64,000 bases of DNA, from NCBI GenBank assembly GCA_951406725.2, contig OX597822.1, positions 60,078,001-60,142,000 on the forward strand. Direction: 5' to 3'. Shown one piece after another: positions 50,996-63,129 of the stretch (the first letter of the stretch is position 1; every line of letters starts with the position of its first letter). Source of the stretch: Octopus vulgaris. Its lineage: Eukaryota. The notes under the pieces are model-generated. The model worked only from the letters and a program-made list of their open reading frames with translations, was not told the origin of the DNA and ran no database searches. A program made the position numbers and the translations under genes.

Positions 50996-51527
50996 TTTTG
51001 TTATATCATGGCCTTTCTCAGACTGCACAGAACCCTATGGATCATGCAGCAGGGGTTAGTTTAACTAATAAGAGTTGTAATCTGAATGGTAAATTTGTTG
51101 CACACCAAGTACATCTATTTGTGTGTATGTGTGTGTGTGTGTGTGTGAAAGAGAGAGAGTGCAAATGTGCAACTATGTTAATATTCCATGAATTGTCACC
51201 ACTTGAATGAAGCAGTGATGATATTCATATTTGCAGACGATTCAGATTTCCCATTACTTAAAAAACAAGTTAGAGTTGATACCAGGAAGAACATCCAGCT
51301 ATAAAACACTCTCAAATAAAGTTCCCATACAACCCAGACTAGCTTGGTGTAATGGACATCTAATGAATAAAGGAACAGCTATCATCATTATCATCATTGA
51401 ACATCCGTTGTCCATGCTGGCATGGGTTGGATGGTTTGATCAGAGCTGGCAAGCAGATGCAAACAGCTAATTTCTGTAAAATGACAGTGTATAAAATATC
51501 TTGAATAACTAAAAACATTAAAAAGCA

Positions 51528-51683
51528 CGGAGTGGTTGGCTTTAGGAAGGGCATCCAGCTGTAGAATCCTTGCCAGATCAGATTGGAGCCTAGTACAGCC
51601 TTCTGGCTTGCCAGTCCTCAGTCAAACCGTCCAACCCATGCTAGCATGGAAAGCAAATGTTAAACAATGATGAAGATGATGAT
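51528..51683 (+). mobile_element. RTE 3'-terminal fragment
   Basis: Matches 21790-21950. Confidence 0.85.
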
Positions 51684-51967
51684 TATTTCACAGATGTTTT
51701 TGTCTAGCAAGTGATTTGATCTGAGACTGTATTGAAACTAAAATAATTACAGAATAAAAGATTAATTAGTCATTTAAAAACACACAAAAACTGCTAACTT
51801 CATTTGAGCATTTATTATTTGATATCAAAATAAACGTTGCACTAAATGTGACATAGTCACTGATACAGTTCTACTGCAACTGGTTCAAGATAAGGCCATG
51901 GGAATTATATATGATATTAATCGAAGTATCTCCTTTATTTTTGTGCTAATCAATCATATAATCTTAC

Positions 51968-52075
51968 CTTCCTGCAAGATCAACTAGATTAATCATAGCT
52001 GACTTTTCAGACATAGTTCCAGCTGTATTTTCAAACTTTTGAGTGAATGTTATACCAAACATGGTATGTGCACGA
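51968..52075 (-). CDS. KIF28: Kinesin exon (switch II): SRAHTMFGITFTQKFENTAGTMSEKSAMINLVDLAG
   Basis: tttcag|T...AG|gtaag; 108 nt; SRAH and INLVDLAGS motifs. Confidence 0.95.
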
Positions 52076-55000
52076 CTGAAATATTCAGAAATCAAATCAA
52101 CGCATCTTCAATATTACAATTCAGTTAATAAAAAACAAAATAAGTTTCAAAGATTATCTCAAACTCACTTTTCTAATATAAATGTAATTAATATATTGCT
52201 AAGAGCTGTGAAGTAGAAAATAAATAAAATAAAACTGACAAGTATAGTAAAGATGCAAGTCAAGCAAAGATATATTTTGTAGTTTTACATTTTTAATGAG
52301 ATTAATATTTTTTTTCAAATAATATTAATGGTTGCTGATTGGTAGAAATATATAGGCTCTGAGTGTCAGAAATTTTCAGATATGATAATTTAAATTAACT
52401 TGTTGCCACTTATCTACAATATACATAGAGTTAGTGCTAACAATCATTGAAGGTGAATGAAAAAAATGTGAAGTATGAAAAAAGGTGGAGAAGTTAAGTT
52501 AATGAAACTGTTAAATTCAAATTACAAAATGTGCCAAGTATTTAGTCTGATTTAAAACCAAAACCAAAATGGAAAATAAAAATACAATTCGGAGTTTTAA
52601 AACAAAATATTTGATATATGTTATATCTTAATAAATATACAGAAGTGACTACAGGATGCAAGCCACCCTTTTACATATATGTAGTTGAAATTTTACATAA
52701 GTGCACATCATTTCAAGGAAAAGGTCATAAGCAGCATGACCTTTTTTTCTCATACTTTCTAAAAAATGAAATTTTAGCAATGATCAAATGCTAGATAATA
52801 AAGACAGATTAATACAAAAACTATCTCAGTAGGGAAATCAGGATTGAGAGGTAGACAAGTTAATTGTAAAATTATTCTCGACTATCTAACTGTACTTCAA
52901 TGACCATAGAGTCATCACAGAGGTAAACCAGCTCCAGTAAATGAAACAGTAAATAAAATGTTCAAAGACAATTCAGTACACATAAACTATATAAAGCTTA
53001 ATTTGAACTCTTCTAAATTGCTTGGATTCAACAATTCTGTGTAAATCAACATTCCTAGACTTATTGAAGATTGTCAGTATCTTTTTAAATCAGTTTATCC
53101 AAAATATAGTGAATTCATGTGACTGTTTTTATATAAGGCATTAATGAACACAGGTAATGTCAAATGCAAATGGAATCCCCCAAATATACAGAAATATAAT
53201 AATAAAATGATGAAAAAGAAGAGTCAAACTTGAAGTGCTCATAAACCATACAGCTAAGAACAAATATTCATTGTACTGATGATTGAATATAGGAAAACTA
53301 GAATGTTTTCATTTAATTACATAAACATATGTATACATGAATATTTATATCATAAAAAGTAAGGAAAACGACATCTTTAGCTATGGAACAGAAATATATA
53401 CAGTTGCTGTGGTGCTTGAGCTCCATGCCAACTCAAATCAAACTAATGATCTGAGGCATTCCAGCCATGACTAGCACATCATTTTAGGGATATGTATGAC
53501 TACATTATCTTATGACTACTGGTCTTATATAACATAGTAGTATGTGATTTGAGGAAGATCAAAAGACCATGTAGAGACTCCCTCATTGGCTTGAGACAGC
53601 TATAGTACAAAAATAGATGGATGGATACACTGGTTCGGTAGAAAGATTGAGAAGTGAGATATGAAAGAGAGATAGAAGGAAGTGTGTTTTGTTATGGGCT
53701 GAAATATTACTGAAATATTTAGTTACTCTGTAGCCTGATCACCTGATTACTATTTCATAATTACTGTGTAGCCTGAGCATAATTTCAAACTTCTGCAAAG
53801 GGCAATATTGATGGAAGCTAATAAATTCATTGGCAGCATAAGATTCCTAAGGATTACATTTATGGTAAAGTAAACTGATCACATTCTTGCATTAAATCTG
53901 TATTATAATGTAGCTCACAGCATTGAAATAAATGTTGTAATTTATGTATTTACAAAACTCAAGTGAAACCAACAATGGAATACTGATCTCATATTTGAGT
54001 CAGTGTTACTACACATAAAAAAATGTGAAATTACATACCAAAATATAACAAGTCACCCAACTTATTGGCATGAAATTGGTTTTCAACATACTCCAAACTA
54101 TAGCCCACAAATGTATGTCTTCTAATTCCATTTTAGTGAATAGACACTAAAATAACATCTGACTTTTTATAACAGCAGTAGTATAATACCTTGTAATGCA
54201 ATAATAGACAATGTTCAGAAGGTTTAATAGAACATAATAATTTATTGTAAAAGGAAATGATGATAGTATTAAATCAAGATTTGCTTGACAGCAGACAGGC
54301 TACAGCATTCAGAAGTATAGTATAACAATGTCCTAAGTGAACAAAAGAAAAATTCAAGCTACTCAGTATAGGGTCACAAATCAAGAAGAAGGTGTGTGCA
54401 ACATAAATTACATGTAACACTTACTCTTACTATATACTGTAAAATGTGAACAGGATAAATGTTCAAACAGTCCATAAATAGTTATTCAGTACTAGAGTGT
54501 TTCTTCCTTTGATATTGTCCACATTGTGGAGCTGAGTTCTGACAATAACATGAGAAATTGTCTGACTTGCTTGGAGGTTTGACTGGGACTAATTAAAATT
54601 TTCCTGTGACTTTGTAATAGGCAGCAGTGTGTATCGATGCATAAGATAAAAGAGGTTGGCTACACTAACCAAATCTCGCATAGATGGATAACAGTTCTGC
54701 CAAAGGGAAAGAGTGCTCCTACACTATCTTTTCTAACACTAATCACAGTTGCTCTGCTCCTTGGAAGAGGCCAGCCTACTAAGTGTTGCTTCTACTCAGG
54801 AACTACCAACTTCCCAATCGCTTGTCTTCTTATCACCCATATTGTGCCCAAGGTCTTATATTAAGCATTTGTTCTGGTCCTTTCCACTACATCAGTCTCA
54901 TGGTATTCTCTTCCTACCCATGTTTTCTGGCAAACGTTCAAGAGGAAAATTAACTCTGTTGATCTCACAAGACTTAAAGGACCTTTAAACAGAATGATCA

Positions 55001-55786
55001 TTGACCCTTTTGTCACATCAAACCATTAAAAAAATAAAGATATACTAAGCCCATCTGTATTGGTAGCACAACTTTAGTATACAACATTAAGTGAATGTGA
55101 AATAAGGAAATAACGCCCTGAGGAATAAAAATTATGGAGGTCACTTTATGACTTTTCCAGGCTTATTTTCTTCTCCTTTACATATTTTCGTTGTTCTTAT
55201 TTATTTTCAAGACTCTTAATGAAACTTTAAAGACATGCTAAATATTTTTTAGGAACACAATACAGCAGATGACTATGATGTTAAAACTATTTAAATGAGG
55301 TTTTGATCCTGAATATATTCAGTTATGATTCTTTAATAAATCAACACTGCAGATGATTCCTGGCATGGGTCAGAACTACCTCAGTACTTTATCTTGCCAG
55401 GATATATCTATGATACAAAAGAAACTTCTCAGATGATAGATATTGAATCTTTGCATTTGCTTGGCAAAGGTTACCCAAACCTCATTTTTGTACAGCAATG
55501 TACTGACAATACAGTTATTCTACATAACCAGCTTGGTTTTAACTTAGTGTTTTCTTCACACCCATTTAATGAGACAAACAAGAGCTGTTGTGCTCCCCAA
55601 CCCATCCATAATCATCTTATTTAATCCTGTGTCCATGAGGTGGAGAAGCATCTTCTTCCAACAAAATGGGAGAACAGAAACTAAGACATTGCAGGAGACA
55701 TGAAGGCCCATAGAAAATTGCATTATAATACAGACAGACCAAAAACTTTACACAGATGCAACTTTTGCAATAGAGACTGCCATACA

Positions 55787-56777
55787 CATGGTTCGCGGTC
55801 CGACGTCTCCAGTGCGAGCAGTGGCGTGCCTCAAGGTTCAGTGCTTGGGCCCTTGTTGTTCTTAGTCTTCATAAATGACTTGCCCGACGACCTCACGCAA
55901 CACACCCTTCTATTTGCCGACGATATCAAACTGGTCGCTCCTCGCGGTGATATAGAGGATCTTCGTCGATGCCTCCACCAAATTTGGAAGTGGTCTAACG
56001 ATTGGGACCTGTGTCTGAACGTGTCAAAGTGCTGTCATCTGCCTGTTGGCTCTCCTCCTGCAACTCAACTTGATTTCGAGCCGGGTCGTCTGCTGCTGGA
56101 GAGGACCGATCAGGTAAAGGACCTGGGTATCTTGGTGGATTCCTCCTTTTCGCCTTCGGCCCAGTGCATCCATGCTGCCAACAAAGCACGCGGAATTCTG
56201 TTCTTGATTCGACGGTCATTCGGAATGCTCACAGCAGCCATATTCCTACCACTCTATGTCACACTGGTGAGACCCATATTGGAGTATGGGATTCAAGCCT
56301 CTTCTCCTTATCTCCTCAAAGACATACAGCATCTCGAAAGAGTCCAGAAGCTGGCTACCCGCATGGTTCATGGTCTCAAAAATTTGTCCTACGAAGAAAG
56401 GCTGAGGACGCTCGACCTTTATTCTCTTGAAAAACGCCGCCGCCGTGGTGATCTCATTCTCGCCCACAACATCATAAGCGGAAAGTGTAACCTCTCGAAA
56501 GAGCTGTTCTTCACTCCTGCTCCAGAGCGTCGGCTGCGGGGTCATTCCGAAAAGCTCTACCTGCGACGATTTCATCTCAATCGAAGGAGAGGAGCTTTCT
56601 CCGTCCGGGTTGCGGATCCGTGGAACAAGCTGCCAGACGAGATGGTGAAGATGCCGACAACCGCTTTGTTCAAAGCCTCCCTGGACCTCAAGTGGCCTGA
56701 ACTCTTTACATGAACACCACCCTGTACTTAACTCCATGTCCCCCTACATGGCCTTGCTATTTGCTTTTGAGCCAAAT

Positions 56778-56809
<32 letters not shown>
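55787..56809 (+). mobile_element. Young 5'-truncated CR1-clade LINE with (AACT)n tail
   Basis: Uninterrupted frame to 56713: SGVPQGSVLGPLLF..FINDL, LFADD, KDLGI, LVRPILEY, LERVQ.LATR, LRGH, FSVRV...WNKLP; GC- and CpG-rich; tail 56778-56809. Confidence 0.95.
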
Positions 56810-57078
56810 AAAACTTCTCATTCACAAGAAAGACTGCCTAAGGAAAGTAAACCTACAGGATGTGACAACCGAAATCGACCGTGACTGACAGAGATCTTAT
56901 ATAATTCCTGATAAATATTTGATAGCTATATATATGTATATATATAAAATGCAAACTACAGTAATTTCAAAATATACCTTTTTCCTTATATGAACATACA
57001 AATTTGCTTAAGCTCTAAAAGTAACATCTCACTAGTATTTATATATCTTAAGTAAATATGTTTGCATCTTTTTCTGAC

Positions 57079-57190
57079 CTGCTGGTTGCATTCATATTTG
57101 TTGCTGCTACAGTTCTATTAGTGGTGCCAACATTCATAAGTTCTTTGATTTTTTCAAAATTCTTGACAGGAATTTGTTGCAAGTTTTTCA
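57079..57190 (-). CDS. KIF28: Kinesin exon (switch I): VKNLQQIPVKNFEKIKELMNVGTTNRTVAATNMNATS
   Basis: tttacag|TG...AG|gtcaga; 112 nt; RTVAATNMNxxSS motif. Confidence 0.95.
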
Positions 57191-57304
57191 CTGTAAAATA
57201 ACCAAATACATCATTTCATACATGAAAATCACAAATAAACTATTGAATAAGTGGCTACAGCCATATCTGTGGCAAAAATGATGTGTCATACAACAGCCAC
57301 TTAC

Positions 57305-57413
57305 CATAGAAACCATGAGAAGGGTGAAGACATATTTTCAGATTCTCGTTTTTTGTTGATGATAAAAGATCACGTATCTTCTCATTATAAAGCTCTAACA
57401 TACTGCATATCAC
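57305..57413 (-). CDS. KIF28: Kinesin exon (motor): VICSMLELYNEKIRDLLSSTKNENLKICLHPSHGFY
   Basis: ttcag|GTG...TAT G|gtaagt; 109 nt, phase 0 to 1; E(I/L)YNE..RDLL motif. Confidence 0.95.
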
Positions 57414-58380
57414 CTGAAGAATAAATAGTATTCAGACAATAACAAGAGAAAACCACTGAATCGAATCTTTCTTATGATTCTTGATTTTTTTGTGCATTTC
57501 AACATCTTATTGTATTGACTTTCACTTGTTTGTTCTGACAATACAAAGGGAAACAAACAGCAGATTTGATCTGATTTTAAGTGTTGGAGTCAAAAACAAT
57601 GACATCATAGTAGAATTATTATAACCATTAAAGCATACAGGTCCAAAGAAGGGAAACTCATCTGGCTGGCATTCAATCATTAATGGACACACTCCAACCT
57701 CGGACCCATGGGTGTGCCATCTCTTCTTTCTGTCTTTTTTATTACTACTATAATAGCATCTACTCTTCAGAGCTAGCTGGTCTCATACCTTCACTGCTCA
57801 GGCTACCCCAAGCCATTTATCTCTCCATCTCTCACACCTCATGTTGTGTCCAACCCCTCCCAGGTTCACACTTAGCTCTATACCCTGGCCTTTCTCCCCA
57901 GAACATTGGCACCCCCTGAAACCTCCTCTCTGTTCATATCTTCCTAGCAGGATTCTACAACAGGATAGGATATTAACAACATCAACCTCACCAGTCAAAA
58001 GGGCCAGCAAATTGTAATGGGCACTGCTACTTCCTCTAGCCTCAGCAAGTTGTGTATGTGTTGAACTGTCCAACCCATGCTAGCATAGGATATGAACATG
58101 AAATGGTGGTGGTGATGATGAGGAGGAGGATGTGAATGTGTGTGTGCGTGTGTGAGTGTGTGGAGAGAGAGAGAGGTAGAAACAAAGAAAGAAAGAGAGG
58201 GTTAATTGGCAGAATAGTGAGAGGCAATCAAAATATTTTATGTTCTAAGTTCCAATCTCAGCAGCACAGTCAATTTTGCTGTCTATCCATCCGAGATTGA
58301 TAAAATTAAGTATCAGTTAAGTGTTGGAATTGATCTAATTGACTAGACATTTATTAGAAGTCAATATTATTAATTATTAA

Positions 58381-59603
58381 TATGTCATTATTTAGTTTAT
58401 TTCAGGATTTCTTGTCAATAGAGAAAGAACTGGTTTCTAAGCTAAATCCAAGGCTCCTTCATTGGAATTTAAACATCAACAACAGGATATTTTTGTTTGT
58501 TTGTATGTATGTATGTATGTATGTATGTATGTATGTATGTATGTATGCATGTATGGATGGATGGATGGATGGATGGATGGATGCATGCATGCATGCATGC
58601 ATGCATGCATGTATGTATGTGCAGATTTGTATGTTTTATGTATGTATTCTTATGCATATAGTTGCATATCTAGACATGCTCATATATATTTAAATGATAA
58701 ACTTCTGGCAAGTTTTACAGATTTTTACAGTTCCAGTGATGAATTGGATCTGTAGTCTTTGAATTAGCTTTCCCCTTTCTGGTCCTGAGAAGCCCAGTTT
58801 CTCAAGATTGGTATTTAGGCAGTGTGTTACATATCCCAGGACCCCAATAATTACAGGTATAAACCTGAACTTGTAATCTGGATAGAGTAACTGCAGATTT
58901 CTCAAAATTTCAGCATAGGTGTTCTCTTTTTCACTGATCTTCTGTTTTATGTTAACATCTGCTGGGCAGCTAATTTCCACAACTGTGCACAGTTTCTCTT
59001 CTCTATCCCAAATCATTATATCAGGTCTGTTGTGCTTAGATTTTATTGAAGTCTTCACTGGGACATTCCACCAGTATTCCTTTTTATTATGAGTGACTAT
59101 GGCTTCTACCATATTGTGGGTTCTTATTTCTTTGTCCTCAGGATTATCTTTCCTATGGATTTCATAATAGAGCATCCTAGCTACAACATCATGTCTCATC
59201 AGCAGATAATACCATGATGACATTTTTGGACAACTGCTTATGATGTGGGTGATATCTTCAGTGTGAACTCCACAAAGTCTGCATTGGTTGTCATACTTTA
59301 TGGCTTTTCCTGCATCTCTATCCCTTTTGTGCATTAGGTACTTTATTGATATTTCCTGTCCGTGGATTGCAAATACATACCCTTCAAAGTGAGAGGTATT
59401 AATATGGCTATTGGTCCATGATAAACTGCTTTGATGATCAATGCTACTATCATCACGGAGCTTTCTAGTAACATATCCATGCATACTTTTCTGCTCATAT
59501 AGGCTCATCCTTTCATTTGGTAATACATTGCAGTAGAGTTGTGTAACTTCTTTGGGCATATATTCTAGGTTATCAAAGAGTGTTGTTCAAGTAGCTGCCT
59601 TCC
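58381..59603 (-). mobile_element. 5'-truncated R4/Dong-type LINE with restriction-like endonuclease
   Basis: ORF 58690..59559 has the CCHC knuckle (CRLC...HIISSC), RHD, HNRPDI...VEISCP and K..KENTY motifs; 3' UTR contains (CATA)/(CATC)/(CATG) repeats. Confidence 0.9.
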
Positions 59604-61119
59604 ATACGTACGTACATACATACATAGTTTGCATACATGCAAACTATGTATGTATGTAATTATGTATGTATGTATGTATGTATGTATGTATGCATTTACG
59701 CGTGTATGTGTGTATCAAAGTTACTTTATCATACATCAACGACGTGGTTGTTAAGCTTCTAGTCATTTTGCACTGTGCATGTAACCTATGATCAAAGGCA
59801 TCCCAGCATTATCGACCATTATACTATCTATTCTAGATGTATTCTTCATTTTTAAGACAATGAGCAGTGGTTCACAAGCAATGTATAACAAGGACTATCC
59901 CGTTGTGCGGCAGATTAAAAAGAAAAGTATAATTTAATCCATGCTAATGCTTGAGCATAAAATAAAAATGTATTATTCATAATTATCCTATACACAAATG
60001 ATTAATACAACAAGGTAGGTGATAGTTTTCTATCTGTTTTTCAAAATTTTTAACTTGAAAATAGTGTAACAACTCATGCAAAGTACTCGAGTAACTTTTT
60101 ATTTGATGTCCGTCACGTTATGAAGAAAATAATAAGGAACATTGCGGTACGATTTGAGGAAGATTTCGTTGCTACTTCATGTAGGTAAACAATCACTAGC
60201 AGTCGGGTAGTCAACGATCTGACCGAATAGTGCGACGAGTGACCTAAGAGATAGCAACCAAATCTTCCTCAAATTACATCGTAAAAGGAAAGGACAGGAT
60301 CATACTAGATAGTGTATTCCTAGATAAACTAATTCTCCATAAAATACAGCATGGTAATGGTTGACCCATCTTTGATCATAGGTCGGTGGATAATGTTATC
60401 TCTAACAAGACGTAACTTATTCATTTGACAACCTTTTTAAAGAAAAAAACACACTGGACATTGTATGTACGTAGGTAATTGAAAACATAGACTTAGTACA
60501 AAAGCAAAAATCGGTATTTCACTTCATAAAAAATGTTCCGTAATGATAAAATATCTAAAAATTGCTCGGTTATCCTTAAATTTGTTTCCTGTAACTGTTT
60601 GGTGAGGTTTAGGTTTTTGTCCAGTAGCAACAATTAACGATTAATGCTAAGAATTGTTAGAAAAACAAACATCATCAAACACTATAATGTGTCCATGTTG
60701 GCCATACAAAGAGTAAACAGTACAATGGAAATTAAAATCTTGAGTTTGTAGACGAGAAATAAATGTTTGTACCGATGTTTGTGTCATTCTTAAGTAAAGA
60801 ATATACAAGATGTGGCAGACATATTCGAAGACACAGAATACTGACGACACAACACAAACAATCTGGTTTCCAACAAAATGGATCGTCGCCTGCCGGACAT
60901 TTACGGACAAATGGCGATTACCAGACGACTTCTGTATTTCTTCAATAAAAGAAAAAAAATTATTAATTTCACGTTTAAACCGATAACATCCTTTAATTTG
61001 AATCTTTTCCATCTGAATTACATCTTTTGAGTTTATTGAAAAAATTCTACACAAATCTAGTTTGTATGGCATTTCTGAAAAACACAACCATTTTTTTTTT
61101 CATTGAGAAACTGATAATT

Positions 61120-61970
61120 CTTTTTGCTATAGGTACCGGCTCTGGAATTTTGTGGAAGGTCTACTTGATTGCAGTGTTCTACAGGGACTTATTTTATCAA
61201 CTTTGAAAGGATGAAAGATAAAGTCAACCTCGGCAGGGATTTGAACTCAAGCATTTTGTCCGACATGCTAACGATTCTGCCACTTCGCCGCCTCTAAAAT
61301 ATTAATTAAGTTTTCAAATTTTGGCACGAGACGAGCAGTTTTTGAGGGAATGAGTAAGTTAATTACATCAACCTCAATATTTAACTGGTACTTATTTTAT
61401 CGGCCTCGAAAGGATGAAAGACTAAGTCGGCCTCTGTGGAATTTGAACTCAGCATATAAAGACGGACGAAATGCCGGCGTACTAACGGGTCTGCTAGCTT
61501 GCTACCTTTTCGAAGAAATTAATCATTTTTTCAACTATAAGCACAAGGCCTGAAATTTTGGGGTAGGGAGCTAGTCGATTACATCGAACCCTAGTGCTCA
61601 AATGGCACTTATTTTATCGATCTCGAAAGGATGACAGACAAAGTGACCTCGGTATAATTTGAACTCAGGATGTAAAGACGTGAGGAAAGCTGCTAAGTAT
61701 TTCGTCTGGTGTTCTAACGATTCTACCAGCTCGCCGTCTTATGGAAAAACTAATCTTTTCTTTTATAGGCATAAGGCCTGAAATTTGGTGGTAAGGGACT
61801 AGTCTAGATATGCAACTATATGCATGAGAATACATACATACATGCATAAATACATACACACACACACACACACACATGCATACATTTAATAGGAATTTAT
61901 TTCATCGGTCCCCAAAAAGATGAAAGGCAACATCTTTTGAACTCAGAATGTAAAGACGTAAGAAATGCTG
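61120..61970 (-). mobile_element. Tandem cluster of about 4 family-B SINE copies; the last is interrupted by an R4/Dong 3' UTR fragment (61802-61885)
   Basis: Repeated GAAAGGATGAAAG...CTCGG...TTTGAACTCAG units at about 61205, 61408, 61625 and 61915. Confidence 0.85.
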
Positions 61971-62699
61971 CAGCCTCACAAGACATTAGTCAGCCTGGTA
62001 CAATAGTAGCAGACATTTGTCCAAGGTGTAATACAGTACCACATTGTAGCAAAATGAGCTTCTAACCACATAGCCATGCCTGTTCCTATATATCCAGATA
62101 TTTTCTATAAAATCCAAAGTAGTTCAAACTGGAAAAATCTATTTATTTATTGTCCTTTTTTAGCTTTCTGTAAAATAAAATATTTTGAGAAAATGCTTTT
62201 AAACGAATTATTTGAAATAATTTCATTTATGTTGAAGAATCCTTTCCATTTGAATCTATTTCCATTTCCCACCTTGTTCAGTCTATGGACAAAGAGTCAG
62301 TTAATCATCATCCTCCTCATCATCATCATGTAATATCCACGTTCCAAGCTGGCATGGGTCGGATGGTTTGACAGAATCTCATGAATCCAAGGTGTGCATC
62401 ATACACTAATGTCTGATATGGCAGGGTTTCTGCAAGTGGATGCCCTTCCTAATACCAACCACTTTACAGTGTGTACTGTATGCTTTTTTTTTGTACTGCC
62501 AGCAGTATTGAGGTTACCATGCAGCTTGCAAGACTACGATCTTTAAGTGAGTGGTTGGCTTTATGCCAGGGGATGAAGGATTAAAGTATGAGAGAAATGG
62601 CAGGGCAGACCAGGTTCTTGTTGTGGAACTGAGTGGTTGTTCTCATTTAGTAGGGGCTGCGAAGAGATAGATATGGTATTTTCATTAAGTTGTCTTTTA

Positions 62700-62905
62700 G
62701 TCTTTTACTTGTTTCAGTCATTTAACTGTGGCCATACTGGAGCACTGCCTTTAGTCGACCAAATCAACCCTGGGACTTATTCTTTGTAAGCCTAGTATTT
62801 ATTCTATCGATCTCTTTTGCCAAACCCCTAAGTTATGGGGACGTAAACACACCAACATCAGTTGTCAAACGATATTGGGGGGACAATCACAGACACACAA
62901 ACACG

Positions 62906-62951
<46 letters not shown>

Positions 62952-63107
62952 TATATGATGGGCTTCTTTCAGTTTCCACTCACAAGGCTTTGGTCGGCCC
63001 AAGGCTATAGCTGAAGACACTTGCCCAAGGTGCCACACAGTAGGACTGAACCCCGAACCATGTGGTTGGTAAGCAAGCTACTTACCACACAGCCACTCCT
63101 GCGCCTA
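62700..63107 (-). mobile_element. tRNA-derived SINE (family A)
   Basis: Homology to 34656-35007. Confidence 0.9.
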
Positions 63108-63129
63108 TGTGTTACACTTTTACTCAAAG

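Larger units (their letters stand above)
1..57413 (-). other. KIF28: Span of a multi-exon kinesin-3 (KIF28/KLP-6-like) gene; 5' P-loop exons not found in window, 3' end probably runs off the left edge
   Basis: 20 exons with canonical GT-AG sites and matching phases join into an open 779-codon frame with motor motifs (ELYNEKIRDLL, NATSSRAH, LVDLAGSE, LKNALGGNSKTIM, ETLSTLRY), FHA (NLNMDPQL...LHHNDRIVFG), KIF1B-like (W..FLNRKYIMQEVY, DPFY) and C2-like segments. Subfamily is from recalled domain order and motifs. Confidence 0.9.

Noticed and set aside
54490-55010. Possible old LINE (I/Jockey-like) remnant, ORFs 54637 and 54749
   Set aside because: Too degenerate to assign by eye
57600-57650. 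Minus frame CFNGYNNS resembling kinesin AFEGYNxS
   Set aside because: Not followed by FAYGQTGSGKS and no exon boundaries
60647-61087. 146-aa minus ORF containing CTVYSLYGQHG, loosely like the kinesin YNxTIFAYGQTG motif
   Set aside because: No GxGKS/T, wrong spacing and no fitting splice sites; treated as chance
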